Below the pieces are notes generated by a model. It saw nothing but the letters and a program-made list of their open reading frames with translations, had not been told where the DNA came from and made no database searches. The position numbers and the translations under genes are program-made. 64,000 bases of DNA. Source: Mobula hypostoma. Its lineage: Eukaryota. Positions 23,321 through 35,939 of the stretch are shown piece by piece; the first letter of the stretch is position 1, and the number at the start of each line of letters is the position of its first letter. The stretch covers positions 128,218,001 through 128,282,000 of the forward strand of contig NC_086097.1 of assembly GCF_963921235.1 (NCBI RefSeq), in the 5' to 3' direction.

Positions 23321-25054
23321 ATAACATAACATATAGGTAAAGCAGACAAGAGTGGGCAACTTTGCTTGACTCCACATTTAATAGGGATGTCTTCCATTTT
23401 GCACTGATTAGTTTGGACTGCACTGCTGAGGTCTGTGTAAAGTAGTCTGATCTAATTTACGACTCCACTTTAAAGCTCAAATTGGAGAGCACATCCACCA
23501 CGTATTTGTGTGATATTCTTTCAGAGGTCTTCTAGCCCAAAGTGACCAGGCTCATGTACATCCCATTGTTCCACACACTGTTGATGGTTTACATTTTTTT
23601 TACATCATTTGTAAATTTACCCTATTCATGATGAATGTACAATCAGTGTGTCTTTCTTCACATTCATTGAACCAAAAGGCCGATACACATTCTAACAACA
23701 CATCAATGTCACTCACATTTCCTCTTTAGGCATTACATGGGTGAATGCCCTGTGACTAAGTGCTTAAAACAAAAGCTCATACCCAAGAAACTTGGAGTTT
23801 CTATTGGACAGAACCCCAGACAGCTCATTAAATTGATAACGACCCAGTTTAAAAATTGTGATGTCCTTTATCTTTTGACATCACTTAATGAGCTTCATAT
23901 CAAAATCAATGGGCAATACTTGCCTATATATTGGAGTTTTTATAGCTCTTTATATTGCATGGTGGTGATAGAGTTGTAAGTATCTGATATACCAATCAAC
24001 ATTTCCCAGGTTGATAATAAGGCAATGATTAGTTGCAGGATGTTTGTGATGTCACAGGAGGGGGCTCACTGACACAATTATCCACTGAACTATAAAATTC
24101 AAAACTTTATTTCTTTTCCTACTTTCCATCCATTGTTCAAAGCACATATTTTTCATCTCATTGTAGCAGGAAACCTTGAGATTTATGTTTAAGATTTATT
24201 ATTGAGTTCTGGACTCGGTTTTCATTACTTTGCACTTTACAGTGTAATAAAATGCAGGGCTCAGTTACTCTACAATTCCTATTTCTTGGAGGCTGGGAGT
24301 TCATTTTTTAATGAATAAAATTTATTTTCAGAATTAAAAAGAAGCAGATGGACACATGAAGCGTTTTTCAGGACAGAACATCTTCCGGGGCTCCAGAGAG
24401 AAGGATGTGCTGGAACCAGGAGAGAGTTTCACAAGTACCATTTGGACGAAGCATTTAGCAGAACTCAACAGAGGCATCAACATCTTATTGGACTGACCCT
24501 CTCCATCAGACGCTTCCTGCACATCGAAGCCGTACCCTTGACGCACACTTCCCTCGAGATGACTGCGATGAGGTCAAAACAATTTATGCACTGTGTATTT
24601 ACAAAGTGAGTCACCTTGTAGAAGTTCAGCCCCAGCAGCAGCATAGCAGAGGACTCTGATTTACAGCCTGTTCTTAAGGACATGACAACAGCCAAACATC
24701 AAATGCTGCTGTAAGATAATCAACTCAGTGAAAGAAGTATTTTCCCCCAATTATTTTGTCTTCTAATACAATGAGATGTCCGCAAAGGGAAAGCTGCTAG
24801 CTCACAGGTTCCAGGCTGCATGAATGGGTGCTGAAGAATTCACTGACACTTGGTGCTGACAACTTAAAGGCTTTGTGGTTAAGGACTGCTATCTAAATTG
24901 CTGCTGCCAAATAGACACTGAAGGGCTGGGACCTATACAATGGACTCACAAGAACTTGCCACATTTTTGGCACTGATGTTTTGCATATGAATGTGTTAAC
25001 TTAATGACAGTACACATACTCTTGACAACACTATGCATAGACTGGATGTACTGT

Positions 25055-25770
25055 ACATAGAACACAGAATGGTTCAGCACAGAAACAAGCCCTTAGGCCT
25101 ACAACATTGTGCCAAACCAATTAAATTAGTAAACAAATGTCCAAATTTACTAATCCCCTCTGCCTACATAATGTGTATATTCTTCCATTTCCCTCACATT
25201 CATGTGCCTTTCTAAACATCTCTTCAAAGTCTACAGTGTTTCTACCTCTACTACTACCCCAGGGAGCACATTCTAGGCACCGACCACTCTCTGTGCCCCT
25301 CACATCTCCTTTGAAATTACCCCCTCTCACCTTAAATGCATGCCCTCTGGTGTTAGGCATTTCAACTCTGGGGAGAAAGATACTCTCTGTCTACTCTATT
25401 TATGCCTCTCATGATCTTATAAGCCTCCATCAGATCTCCCCACAGCCTCTGCTGCTCCAGTGAAAACAACCCAAGTTTGTCTAACTTCTCATTATGGCAC
25501 ATTGACATCCTTCCTGTAATGGGACCATCAGAACTGTATGCAATACTCCAGGTGTAGTCTAACTAGAGTTTTATAAAGCTGCAACATCATTTCCGGACTT
25601 TTGAACTATTAAGGTGCAACACTTCACACTTCACTAGATTAAACTCCATGTGCCATTTCTCTGTCCATATCTGCAACTCATTTATATCTTGTTGTATTCT
25701 TCGCCAATCTTCTACACTATCCACAACACCACCTACCTTCGTATCACCTACAAACTTACTAACCAACCCA
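25055..25770 (-). mobile_element. CR1 3' relic
   Basis: PNTRGHAFKVRGGNFKGDVRG peptide and a CR1-type 3' UTR. Confidence 0.8.
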
Positions 25771-25886
25771 TGACTTTATGAATGTAAAAGCACTACTTTA
25801 TATTTCGTGTATACAGATTTTATGAATATAGCTCAGTTTCAACATTTTAAGAAGTGTCTTGCACTGTCAAACTTGTCTCAAGAAGC

Positions 25887-26400
25887 CCACAGTGCAGTTG
25901 AGACAATTGTCCACCTCTTCATGGACTGTGCATGTGGCAAAAAGGTTTGGAAGGGGATACTAAGGTTGTTGTTGAGGTTCACCCTGAGTAGCTGTTTAAC
26001 AGGGAACTCCACGATTTATGATCTGTTCCCATATACAGAGAATATTAGGAGGTGAACATACTGCTATTAGAAGATCAGCAACTCAGTAAAATACATACTT
26101 TGGTCTTCCTGAAATTTGTTGGTCTTCATGTGTAAGGAGAAGCTTGATGGGTATTTTGGTTGGCATGGTCCAGTTGGGCCAAAGGGACTGTTTCAATTCT
26201 GTATAATACTATGACTCAATGACATGTCCACATTGATCGGGATATTCCAGACTGCAGGAGTACTTGCCGATGGAGGCACAAAGCTCCATTTAACCACTAC
26301 CAGGTCTCTGTAGGGTCAGACCACAGTCTAGGATCCTCCTGTCACTGGGCTCTGAGGGGCTGGGTTCTGTGAAACAGTCTCTCAAACACCGATGTATCAT
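25887..26400 (+). mobile_element. Tx1/L1-clade LINE ORF2 C-terminal relic
   Basis: ETIVHLFMDC..GKKVW (zf-RVT-like) followed by NSVKYILWSS*NLLVF (decayed W..RN motif). Confidence 0.65.
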
Positions 26401-26952
26401 TTCAGAAGAAAACATGAGAGATTTTAATGCATTGTAAGAGACTGTCTTATTGCAGTCCCAACTGTATTTACTTATTATGAATAATGTATATTATTGAAGT
26501 ATACAAAATGCACAGTTTCAACTTTTCTTTTCACTTCATAAACTTTATTGGGAAACATGATTAACAGCTGATGATAGAAGGTTTGATAGCTGTATTTTAT
26601 GAAGCAGTGACATGCATTCTTGTTAATTTGTTCTAGCTACACAGCAGTTTGATGAAAACAAATCAAGTTCTTTTGTTAGAATCCTAAAATATATTTGATC
26701 TGAGTTCTAATTCAAAAGCTGTTATTACCATGTATCTTGTGCATCTATAAAAATACAATTCTTGGACAAATTAAAAATCTTTCAACATAATTTTTGTATT
26801 TGGTTGCAATCAGCAATCTGCTGGAGAAATCCAATGGTGCAGGAAAGCATTGTAGTGGACAATGATCTTCTGAGGATTAGGTATGACCATGAGGCCATAA
26901 GACACAGGAGCAGAAGAAGTTGCAGGTTCTCAATCTGAAATGCCGAATGTCT

Positions 26953-27490
26953 ATTAGATTAGATTAGATTATGAGGACATGTAGTCCTCTTTTATTGTCA
27001 TTTAATAATGCATGCATTAAGAAATGATACAGTATTCCTCCAGTGTGATATCACAGAAACACAGGACAGACCAAGACTGAAAATCTAACAAAAACCACAT
27101 AATTATAACATATAGTTACAACAGTGCAACAATACCATAACTTGATGAAGAACAGGCCATGGGCACAGTAAAAAAGTTCAAAGTCTCTCGAAAGTCCCAC
27201 ATCTCACGCAGACGGGAGATGGAAGAAAACTCTCCCTGCCATGCCCGACCAGAGTCCGACTCTGAGTCGTCCGAAAGCTTCGAGCCTCCGATCAGCCCTC
27301 TGACACCAAGTACCGAGCACCATCTCTACTGAACGCTTCGACCCCAGCCTCGGTTGCCAGCAGCAGATAAACCCGGGGATTTGGGGGCCTTCCCTTCGGA
27401 GATTCTCGATCGCACAGTAGCAGCGGCAGTGAACCGGGCATTTCAGAAGTTTTCTCCAGATGTTCCTCTGTGCTTCTCACGTCTGATTCC
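26953..27490 (-). mobile_element. Young LINE 3'-UTR or SINE-like insertion (probably Rex1-related) inside a Penelope relic
   Basis: (ATTAG)n tail at 26953; CpG-rich body; ATGTCT TSD at 26947-26952 and 27491-27496. Confidence 0.65.
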
Positions 27491-27764
27491 ATGTCTGTTT
27501 TCCAGGGATCTGCCATTCTCTGTGAAAAAAAAACTTGGCCATCACATTTCCTTTGAACTTACCAGTTCTCAAATTAAAATACATTTCCCTCCACAGATGC
27601 TTTCTGACCGCTGAGTCCTGCCAGCAGTTTGTTTATTGAACTGGAGATTCCAAATTGTTGATGAGTTGAATTTAACAAAAAGCTTTTGGAACTCATCGGA
27701 TTGGTAGCGGAGGCCAGCAATAATTACATGCAGGGTCAATTTTATCACCTCAATAAATGGACAA

Positions 27765-28290
27765 ATAAATAATACCGAGAACATGAGTTGTAGTGTCCTT
27801 GAAAGCGAATCCATAGGTGATGTTCAGTCATCACTTAAGTGTTGTTGTTAGTGAAGTTATCCTTATTGGCCCAGGAGCCGGGTGGTTGAAGGAGTTAACT
27901 GTTCCTGAACCTGGTGGTGTGGGACCTAAGGATCCTGGTAGCAGTGAAAAGAAAGCATAGCCTGGATGGTGGGGGTCCTTGATGATGACTGCTGCTTTCC
28001 TGTAGCAGCACTCCTTGTAGATGTGCCGAATCTGTGCAAACTTCAAGAAAGTAGATGCGCTACTATGCCTTCTTCGAAAAGGCACTTATGAGCTAGTCCC
28101 AGGACAGATCCTCTGATATGATAACACCCAGGAATTTAACGTTACTAACTTTCTCCACCTTGGATTCCCTAATGAGCACTAGCTCCTTGTCCCTTGATTT
28201 CTTCCTCTCGTAGTCAATAATCAGCTCTTTGGTTTTGCTGATATTGAGTGGGCAATTGTTGGTGTGGCACCATTCAACCAGATTTTCAAT
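27765..28290 (-). mobile_element. Rex1/Babar relic
   Basis: LVEWCHTNNCPLNISKTKELIIDY...VKFLGVIISEDLSW; AAVIIKDPHHPGYAFFSLLP. Confidence 0.8.
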
Positions 28291-28612
28291 CAAACTAATT
28301 AAGAACCTATTAATCTCTGCCTTAAATACATCCAATGACTTGGCCTCCACAGCTCTCTATGGGAATGAATTTCACAGATTCTCCACCCTGTGGCTGAAGA
28401 AATTCCTCCTCATCTCAGTCCGAAAGGGATGTCATTCCATTCTGAGTGTTAGCCTTTAAATTCTATACTCTCCTACTATTGGAAACACCTTCCCCATATC
28501 TGCTGTATTCAGGCCTTCCAAAATCCAATAGTTTTCAATGACATTCCCCTACCTTCCTTCTGAACTCCATCGAGTATAGGCTCAGAGACTTCAGTTGCTC
28601 CTCATATGTTAG
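28290..28612 (-). mobile_element. CR1 3' relic
   Basis: RRNFFSHRVENL*NSF...EAKSLDVFKAEINRFL peptide. Confidence 0.75.
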
Positions 28613-28992
28613 TCCTGGGCCTAAGATACAGTATGGACATAAGCTTAAATCTCATCATGATGACTGCAGAAATTTAAATCAGTAATTAAACTTATTGTGG
28701 AATAAAATATTGGCATTATTAATGAACTTTAATTAATGCTGCTTAGTAATAGCAAAAGCTCATATGGTTTACAAGCGTTCTTGAAATTAAGAGACATACC
28801 ATTCGTATTTGGACTGAATGTGACTCCAGTCCACACTATTAAAAAAGATTCTGTCTGCTAATTTCTGGGATGAGAATATTGTGCTTTCATGAGCATCTAC
28901 AGATGTCGGACCTGCAATCTGTGGAACTTAGAAGAATGAGGGCTGATCTTATTGAAACATATAAGATCATAAGGGGGAAAGCAGGGTAGATT

Positions 28993-30545
28993 CAAAGGTT
29001 CATTTGTTATCAAAGTACGTATGCAGTGTAGAACTCTGAGATAGTTCTTCTCTAGATAGCCACAAAACAAAGAAAACCATGGAAGTCAGTTCAAAGAGAA
29101 ACAGCAAAACCACCCAGTCCCACACACAAAAGAAATACAAAACAATCATCAACACCACTCCAAACACCCCTCCTCCCGCACAAAATGCAACAACAACATC
29201 AACCGTTACTCCCTCTCCCCTGCACAAAAAAAATAAAAATGCTGCAAGAGCATTGACACCCCATCCCCACTTTCCCTGCACAAATAAAACACGAAAGAAG
29301 GAGCGACAACACAGAATATAAAAATCATAAGACTGAGGCTACGTACACACTAGACCGGATAATTTTGAAAATGCCGGTTTCGAGTAAAATCGACAGGCAT
29401 CCACACTACGTGTTTTTCAAAATATCTCTGTCCACACCAAAATGGATATTTGGGCGAATCTACTCCTACTGGGCATGCGCAGACACATCTACAGAAAACA
29501 AGCAAAGAGGAAATGGTATAATATTTAAGTTTCCGCGGCGGCATTGTGCTATTTCCATAGAATAAAACTAGGGTACCAACAACAACAGCAAAAGAAAGTT
29601 TTCAACAATGTCTTCGAGGAATACAAAGAAAACCTCCGCTGGAAAAATCAGACCGGATTTCTTCGTTTAGACAGACAATGAAGTTGAGCTGTTTCTGCGA
29701 GTTACAAACGACTACAAAGTCAGCAAAGCAGTGGAGAACGTGGAGATGTTTAATTCCAAACAAACTATTAACGTAGACAATAAAGTAAACAACACACGCA
29801 TGAAGCCATCCTCCACCTAAGATCAACAAGAGATTGTAATTTCTGCCACCAGACCTGCGCAGTATTTCTGACATTAATATTTTTAAAGATAGACTCAATC
29901 AAATCAATTTAGGGGATTTGGTCAAAAAAGCTCACTTTACAATTTAACTCTCATGCCGTTCACACCGACTGCGCGTTATAACAGCCGTCCGGCAGTGCTT
30001 GCGCAGTACCAAGCAGAAGCAGAAAAAGCATTGTTGTTGTGGTGTTGTCATGATAACGTTTTTAAATCTCTCCATTTACCCCGTCCACACTGCAACACGA
30101 AACAATCGTTTTCAAATTTACACACTCTGGAGAGTGTTTTCGAAAATCTCCGTTTTTGGGGATGAAAACGTTGTTTCAGTGTGGACGGAGGGTCAAAACG
30201 AAGAGAAAAAGCTTCATTTTCAAAATTATCTGGCGTAGCGTGGACATAGCCTGAAAAAGTCCATGGTCTATAGTCCAAATCCATAAATACAGCACCTCAG
30301 TGACATCCTCTGACATCATCGAACAAGAGAGACGCCACTCAAATGCAGCAGCCTGTGGGTGCAGCAACAGGGCACACAAGCTCCTTCTCCAGCAACAGAG
30401 CAATCCCATCAAAAGGCAGGTAGTCAGGTGCTGAACCCATGCTCGCCTTCTGCATTCGCCTTGATATTTCAATCCTCCTCGTCGCATTAATCGACAAAAT
30501 GGAATTGAACACTGGCTTGCGCCTCATTTCATAGTTTCTTTGCCT
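28993..30545 (-). mobile_element. LINE 3'-UTR-derived element (Rex1-type tail) hosting the Harbinger MITE
   Basis: TACTTTGATAACAAATGAACCTTTGAA tail on the minus strand; sequence rejoins across the MITE TSD. Confidence 0.55.
29337..30251. mobile_element. PIF/Harbinger-type non-autonomous element (MITE), 915 bp
   Basis: ~35-bp imperfect TIRs (GGCTACGTACACACTAGACCGGATAATTTTGAAAA / TTTTCAAAATTATCTGGCGTAGCGTGGACATAGCC); 3-bp TSD TGA (29334-29336, 30252-30254); repeated (T)CCACAC(T) subterminal motifs; no ORF. Confidence 0.85.
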
Positions 30546-30787
30546 CGAAGCTCATGCTCGCATACTGGAATCTTCCCGATTGAGGGGTGTTGTTGTTGAT
30601 TAAATAACACCATTTAACACCGAGGTGTTTAGGTTATTCCTCTCACTGAGGGTGGTGAATCCCTGGAATTCTCTACCGCTGGTGGCCAAATCAGTGGAGG
30701 AGATTAAGGACAGAGAACAGAAACAGTTTTGAAAGATTTGGGAATTGAAGACTATGTGGAACAGGCACAGAATGGGAGAAGATGCCT

Positions 30788-32200
30788 ACCAGTGCCTAAG
30801 AAGTATAATATGGGCTGCCTTAATGACTATCGCCCAGTGCACTCACATCGACAGTGACGAAATGCTTTGAGAGGTTGGTCATGACTAGACTGATTTCCTG
30901 CCTCAGCAAGGACCTGGACCCATTGCAATGTGCCTGTTGTCACAATAGGTCATGGCAGACGCAATCTCCACACGGCTTGAGACCACCTGGACAACACAAA
31001 CACAAACACCTACATCAGGATGCTGTTCATCGACTATAGCTCAGCATTTAATACCATCATTCCCACAATCCTGATTGGGAAGTTGCAGAACCTAGGCCTC
31101 TGTACCTCTCTCTGCAATTGGATCCTCGGCTTCCCAACCAGAAGACCACAGTCTGTGCGGATTGGTGCTAACATATCCTTGCTGACGATCAACACTGATG
31201 CACCTCAGGGACGTGTGCTTAGCCCACTGCTCTAATCTCTGTATACACATGACTGTGTGACTAGGCATAGCTCAAATACCATCTATAAATTTGCTGATGA
31301 TACAACCATTGTTGGCAGAATCTCAGGTGGTGACAAGATGGCGTACAGGAGTGAGGTATGCCAACTAATGGAGTGGTGCTGTAGCAACAACCTGGCACTC
31401 AACGTCAGTAAGAGGAAAGAGCTGATTGTGGATTTCAGGAAGGGTAAGACGAAGGAGCACATACCAATCCTCATAGGAGGATCAGAAGTGGAGACAGTGA
31501 GCAGTTTCAAGTTCCTGGGTGTCAAGATCTCTGACCATCTAACCTGATCCCAACGTAATTGATCTAGCTATAAAGAAGGCAAGACAGTGGCTATACTTCA
31601 TTAGGAGTTTGAAGAGATTTGACTTGTCAACAAATACACTCAAAAACTTCTATAGATGTACCGTGGAGAGCTTTTCGATAGGCTGCATCACTGTCTGGTA
31701 TGGAGAGGCTACTGCACAGGACCGAAAGAAACTGCAGAAGGTTGTAAATCTAGTCAGCTCCATCTTGGGTACTAGCCTACAAAGTACCCAGGACATCTTT
31801 AGGGAGCGGTGTCTCAGAAAGGTAGCATCCATTATTAAGGACCTCCAGCACCCAGGGTATGCCTTTTTCTCACTATTACCATCAGGTAGGAGGTACAGAA
31901 GCCTGAAGGCACACACTCAGCGATTCAGGAACAGCTTCTTCCCCTCCGCCATCTGATTCCGAAATGGACATTAAACCTTTGGACACTACCTCACTTTTTT
32001 TTTAATATACAGTATTACTGTTTTTTGCACTTTTTAAAATCTATTCACTATACATATACTGTAATTGATTTGCTTATTTATTTATTATTGTTATTTTTTT
32101 CTCTTCTATATTATGTATTGCATTGAACTGTTGCTGCTAAGTTAACAAATTTCACGTCACATGCCAGTGATAATAATCCTGATTCCGATGCTGGTTCTGA
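30788..32200 (+). mobile_element. Rex1/Babar LINE, 5'-truncated, same subfamily as 6052-7668
   Basis: [52 protein letters not shown] peptides; stops and frameshifts; GATTC-type tail. Confidence 0.9.
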
Positions 32201-32909
32201 GATTAACCATGAGCATATCGAGGAGCAGGGCAGGCTTGAATAATGTCCTGCTCTTACTCCTTTTGCTATGTTCTTATGTTCAGTCCTAGTAGTTTTGTCT
32301 AAAGGCTGAGTCAAGCACTCTGTTTTACCAAGTATCAGTACATGGTGGGAGCACTTTGGTCAAATGAGTTCGAGTTGGTTCCTTACTACCATTTAGAGGA
32401 TAATAAGGGGTGGGTAATGAGGTTCCCATCCAATACAAACTTGTAAACTACCTCTTCAATACATGAGATGCCTCTTATTTGTACTGTATAGCAGAAACTT
32501 GTGGTCGTCTCATCAGCGTGCCAGACTCTACATTCACCCATTATACATTCACAGATTTATTATATGGATAAAGCAACACTCAATACTAAATAAAAGTGTT
32601 TACTTTGTAGGCAAGCAGTCAGTTGGCTGAGTATGGTGTGTGTTGTATTATGTTTTGTAACTTCAAAACATTGAATTAATTCAAGGGAAGACACAGAGTC
32701 TGAAATACAGGTGTAACTTCGTTTTATTTTAAGCTCATTCCTGTCTTCCCTTCCAAAGAACACATGCTTTTTGTAATTCGACCTGTTCCTCGCTGCATTT
32801 TATTTTATTTTTGAACATTTTACTGCACTTTAACAGGTCTTGGGTTCATTTTAAACAAAATACCTTGTTGCCTGTATTATGTTTTGTAACTTCAAAACAT
32901 TAATCTGTA

Positions 32910-33670
32910 AAGAATACAGTGTTGGGAAGTATATGACCATGTACTTTAGTAGAAGGAATAAAAATATCGACTATTTTCTATACAGGGAGAAAATTAAAAA
33001 CTCTGAGGTAAAAAGGGATTTGGAAGTCCTCATGCAGGATTCCTTAAACATGAACTTGCAGGTGGAGTCGGTGGTGAGGAGTGTTAGCATTCATTTTGAG
33101 AGGCTAGAATATAAAAAGAGGGATGTAATGCCAAGGCTTTATAAGACACTAATGAGGCTCACTACAAGTATAGTGAGCAGTTCTGGGACCCCTATCCTAG
33201 AAAGGACGTGCTGATATCGGAGAGGTTTCAAAAGAGGTTCACGAAAATGATTCCAGGAATGAAAGAGCAGCATTTGATGACTCTGGGCATATACTCACTG
33301 GAATTTCGAAGAACGAGGGAGGATCTTATTGAAACTTATTGGATGTTGAAAGGTCTAGAGACAGTGGCTGAGAAGAAGATGTTTTCTATTGTCAGGGAGT
33401 CTAGGACCAGAGGGCAGAATAGAGGGAAGACTACTTAGAATGGATGTGAAGAGAAATTTCTTTAGCTAGTGGGTGGTGAGTCTGTGGAAGCCAAGTCACT
33501 GGTTGTATTTAAAGCGGAGGTTAATAGGTTCTTGCTTAGTCAGGATGTGAAAGGTTAAGGGGCAAAGGCAGGAGAATGGCATTAAGAGAGAAATGGATTA
33601 ACCATGATGAAATGGCAGAGCAGACTCGATGGGCCAAATGGCCTAATTCTGCTGCCAGGTCTTACGTTCT
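32910..33670 (+). mobile_element. CR1 3' relic
   Basis: ERFQKRFTKMIPGM..LGIYSLEFRRTREDLIETY peptide and 3' UTR. Confidence 0.8.
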
Positions 33671-34449
33671 TAAGGAGATTGACATCCATGTATTCATTGA
33701 TAGAATGAAGTGGAAACTCCTCTTGCGTTAGTCTAATGGGACATAGACTGAAAAGAGCATCAGATCCATCTGCCTGAACATGCAGTTGACATTCTGTACA
33801 GCTTGCAAAACAAAACCAAACTGTACAGACGAGTTTGTAAAACAAACTTCCTTTCAAGTTTGCATCTAAAATAAAACGATGACACCATCTTGGCAAAATC
33901 GGCCAGAATCAGCATTGAGCATTCAGTATTTAAATTAATGATGTACCAGTGAAATCCTTTCACTCTCCACCTCTGGACCAACTCACAGTGGCTTTGCCAG
34001 CATTCATTATTTATCTCTAATTCCCTTTGAAGTGGGAAAAGTCTGGAACAAGTGAAAAAGGCAATTCACACCCTGGAGGATAACAGTGTTTTACAGTAAA
34101 TACTATTAGGAATATTATTTCTGGTGGCATTTTACTTTTATAAGTTCTAATTTATTTAGTAACATGTAACCATCACAGTGGCATTTGCACACATTTCATC
34201 AACTTACTGGCAAGTATCTTGGGTTACTATCTACTGACTCATCCCCTGCGTGGCCGCTTGACCTGATAAGCCAGCCCTCTGATTCCTTGTAGCCCTCTTC
34301 CATTCCTACACGTTGTGAATGACTGGCTGATCGAAAGGATCAAACCTAGGGAATTTCATGCTGATAACTATGTGTTAGTTTAAGTGAGTGAACAAAAATC
34401 AACCCTGTCATTTTTCATGTCAGGAATCCAATGCATTATATCCAATACA

Positions 34450-35490
34450 ATGCTTGGCATTCAATACCATCATCCTCTCAAAACTGATCAATCAACTTTA
34501 TGACCTTGGGTTCAACACCACATTGTGCAATTGGATCCTCGACTTCCTCACTTGCGGACCCTGGTCAATACAGATTGGCAACAACACCTCCTTCACAATC
34601 TCCATCAGCACAAGGCTGCGCACTTAGCCCCCTGCTCTATTTGCTTTATACTTATGACTGTGAGGATAAGCACAGCTCTAATGCCATACTTAAGTTTGCT
34701 GGCACCACTACTGTTGTTGGCCAAATCAAAGGTGGTGATGAATCAGCATCTGGCTGCGTGGTGCCACAACAACAACCTGTTACTCAGTGTCAGCAAGACC
34801 AAGGAGCTGATTATTGACTTCAGGAGGAGGAAACTAGAGGTCAATGAGCCAGTTCTCATCAGAGGATCAGAAGTGGAGAGGGTCAGCAACGTTAGATTCC
34901 TCGAGTTATCATTTCAGAGGATCTAGGCCCAGCACATAAATGCAATTATGAAAGAAGTACAGCACAGCCTCTATTTCCTTAGGAGTTTGTGAAGTTTCAG
35001 CATGACATCTAAAACTTGAACGAACGCCTGTAGATGTGTGGTGGAGAGTATATTGACTGGTTGCCTGGTATGGAAACACCAATAGCCTTGAATGGAAAAC
35101 TAGTGGATACAGCCCAGTGCACCCACACCACCAGGTTCAGGAAAAGTTAATACCCTTCAACCATTAGCCTTTTGAACCAGAGGCAACAACTTCACTCAAC
35201 TTCACTCGCACCATCACCGAACTGTTCTCATAACCTATGGACTCACTTTTAAGGACGCTTCATCTCACGTTCTCGATATTTATTGCTTATTTATTTATTT
35301 ATTCTGTTTTGTATTTGCACAGTTTGTTGTCTTTTGCACATTGGCTGTTTGTGTGTCCTGTTAGATGTGGTCTTTCACTGATTCTATTGCGGTTCTTGGA
35401 TTTGCGGAGTATGCCTGCAAAAAAACAAATCGCAGGGTTATATATGGTGACATATATGTATTTTGATAATAAATTTACTTTGAACTTTGA
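34450..35490 (+). mobile_element. Rex1/Babar relic
   Basis: [60 protein letters not shown]. Confidence 0.85.
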
Positions 35491-35939
35491 GCAAATCACT
35501 GGTTCGCTGCAAAGCACTGTCCAGTACTAGTGACATGGCTTCCTCAGGACATGAGGATTACTGATTGATTGGGGAAGTAGGCCTGTACTCACCTCATGGA
35601 CTGTACAGCCCACTCTTTATTAAATTTATGACTTTCTTTAACCCACCAGTGAACTCTTACTTAGAACTCCAAGTCAATCACTGACAATGAGAGTATTTCA
35701 TAGCTCTGGCCTGTGCTTGATGACGTTCAGAAGGATGATTGGGGATTTCATTGAAATCTACCTGTTACTGAAAGGCCTGGATGGAGTGGATGAGTAAAGG
35801 ATACCTTCATAGTGGGAGTGAACATCATCTGAGCACACAGTCTCAAAATAAAGGATGTCTCTTTAAAACTGAAATGAGGAGGAATTTCTTCAACCGCAGT
35901 TTGCTGAATTTGTAGCCGTGGAGTCCAAGTCATTCACCA

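Noticed and set aside
34283..34383. Possible plus-strand exon PLPFLHVVNDWLIERIKPREFHADNYVLV*
   Set aside because: Unrecognised and short; cannot be supported
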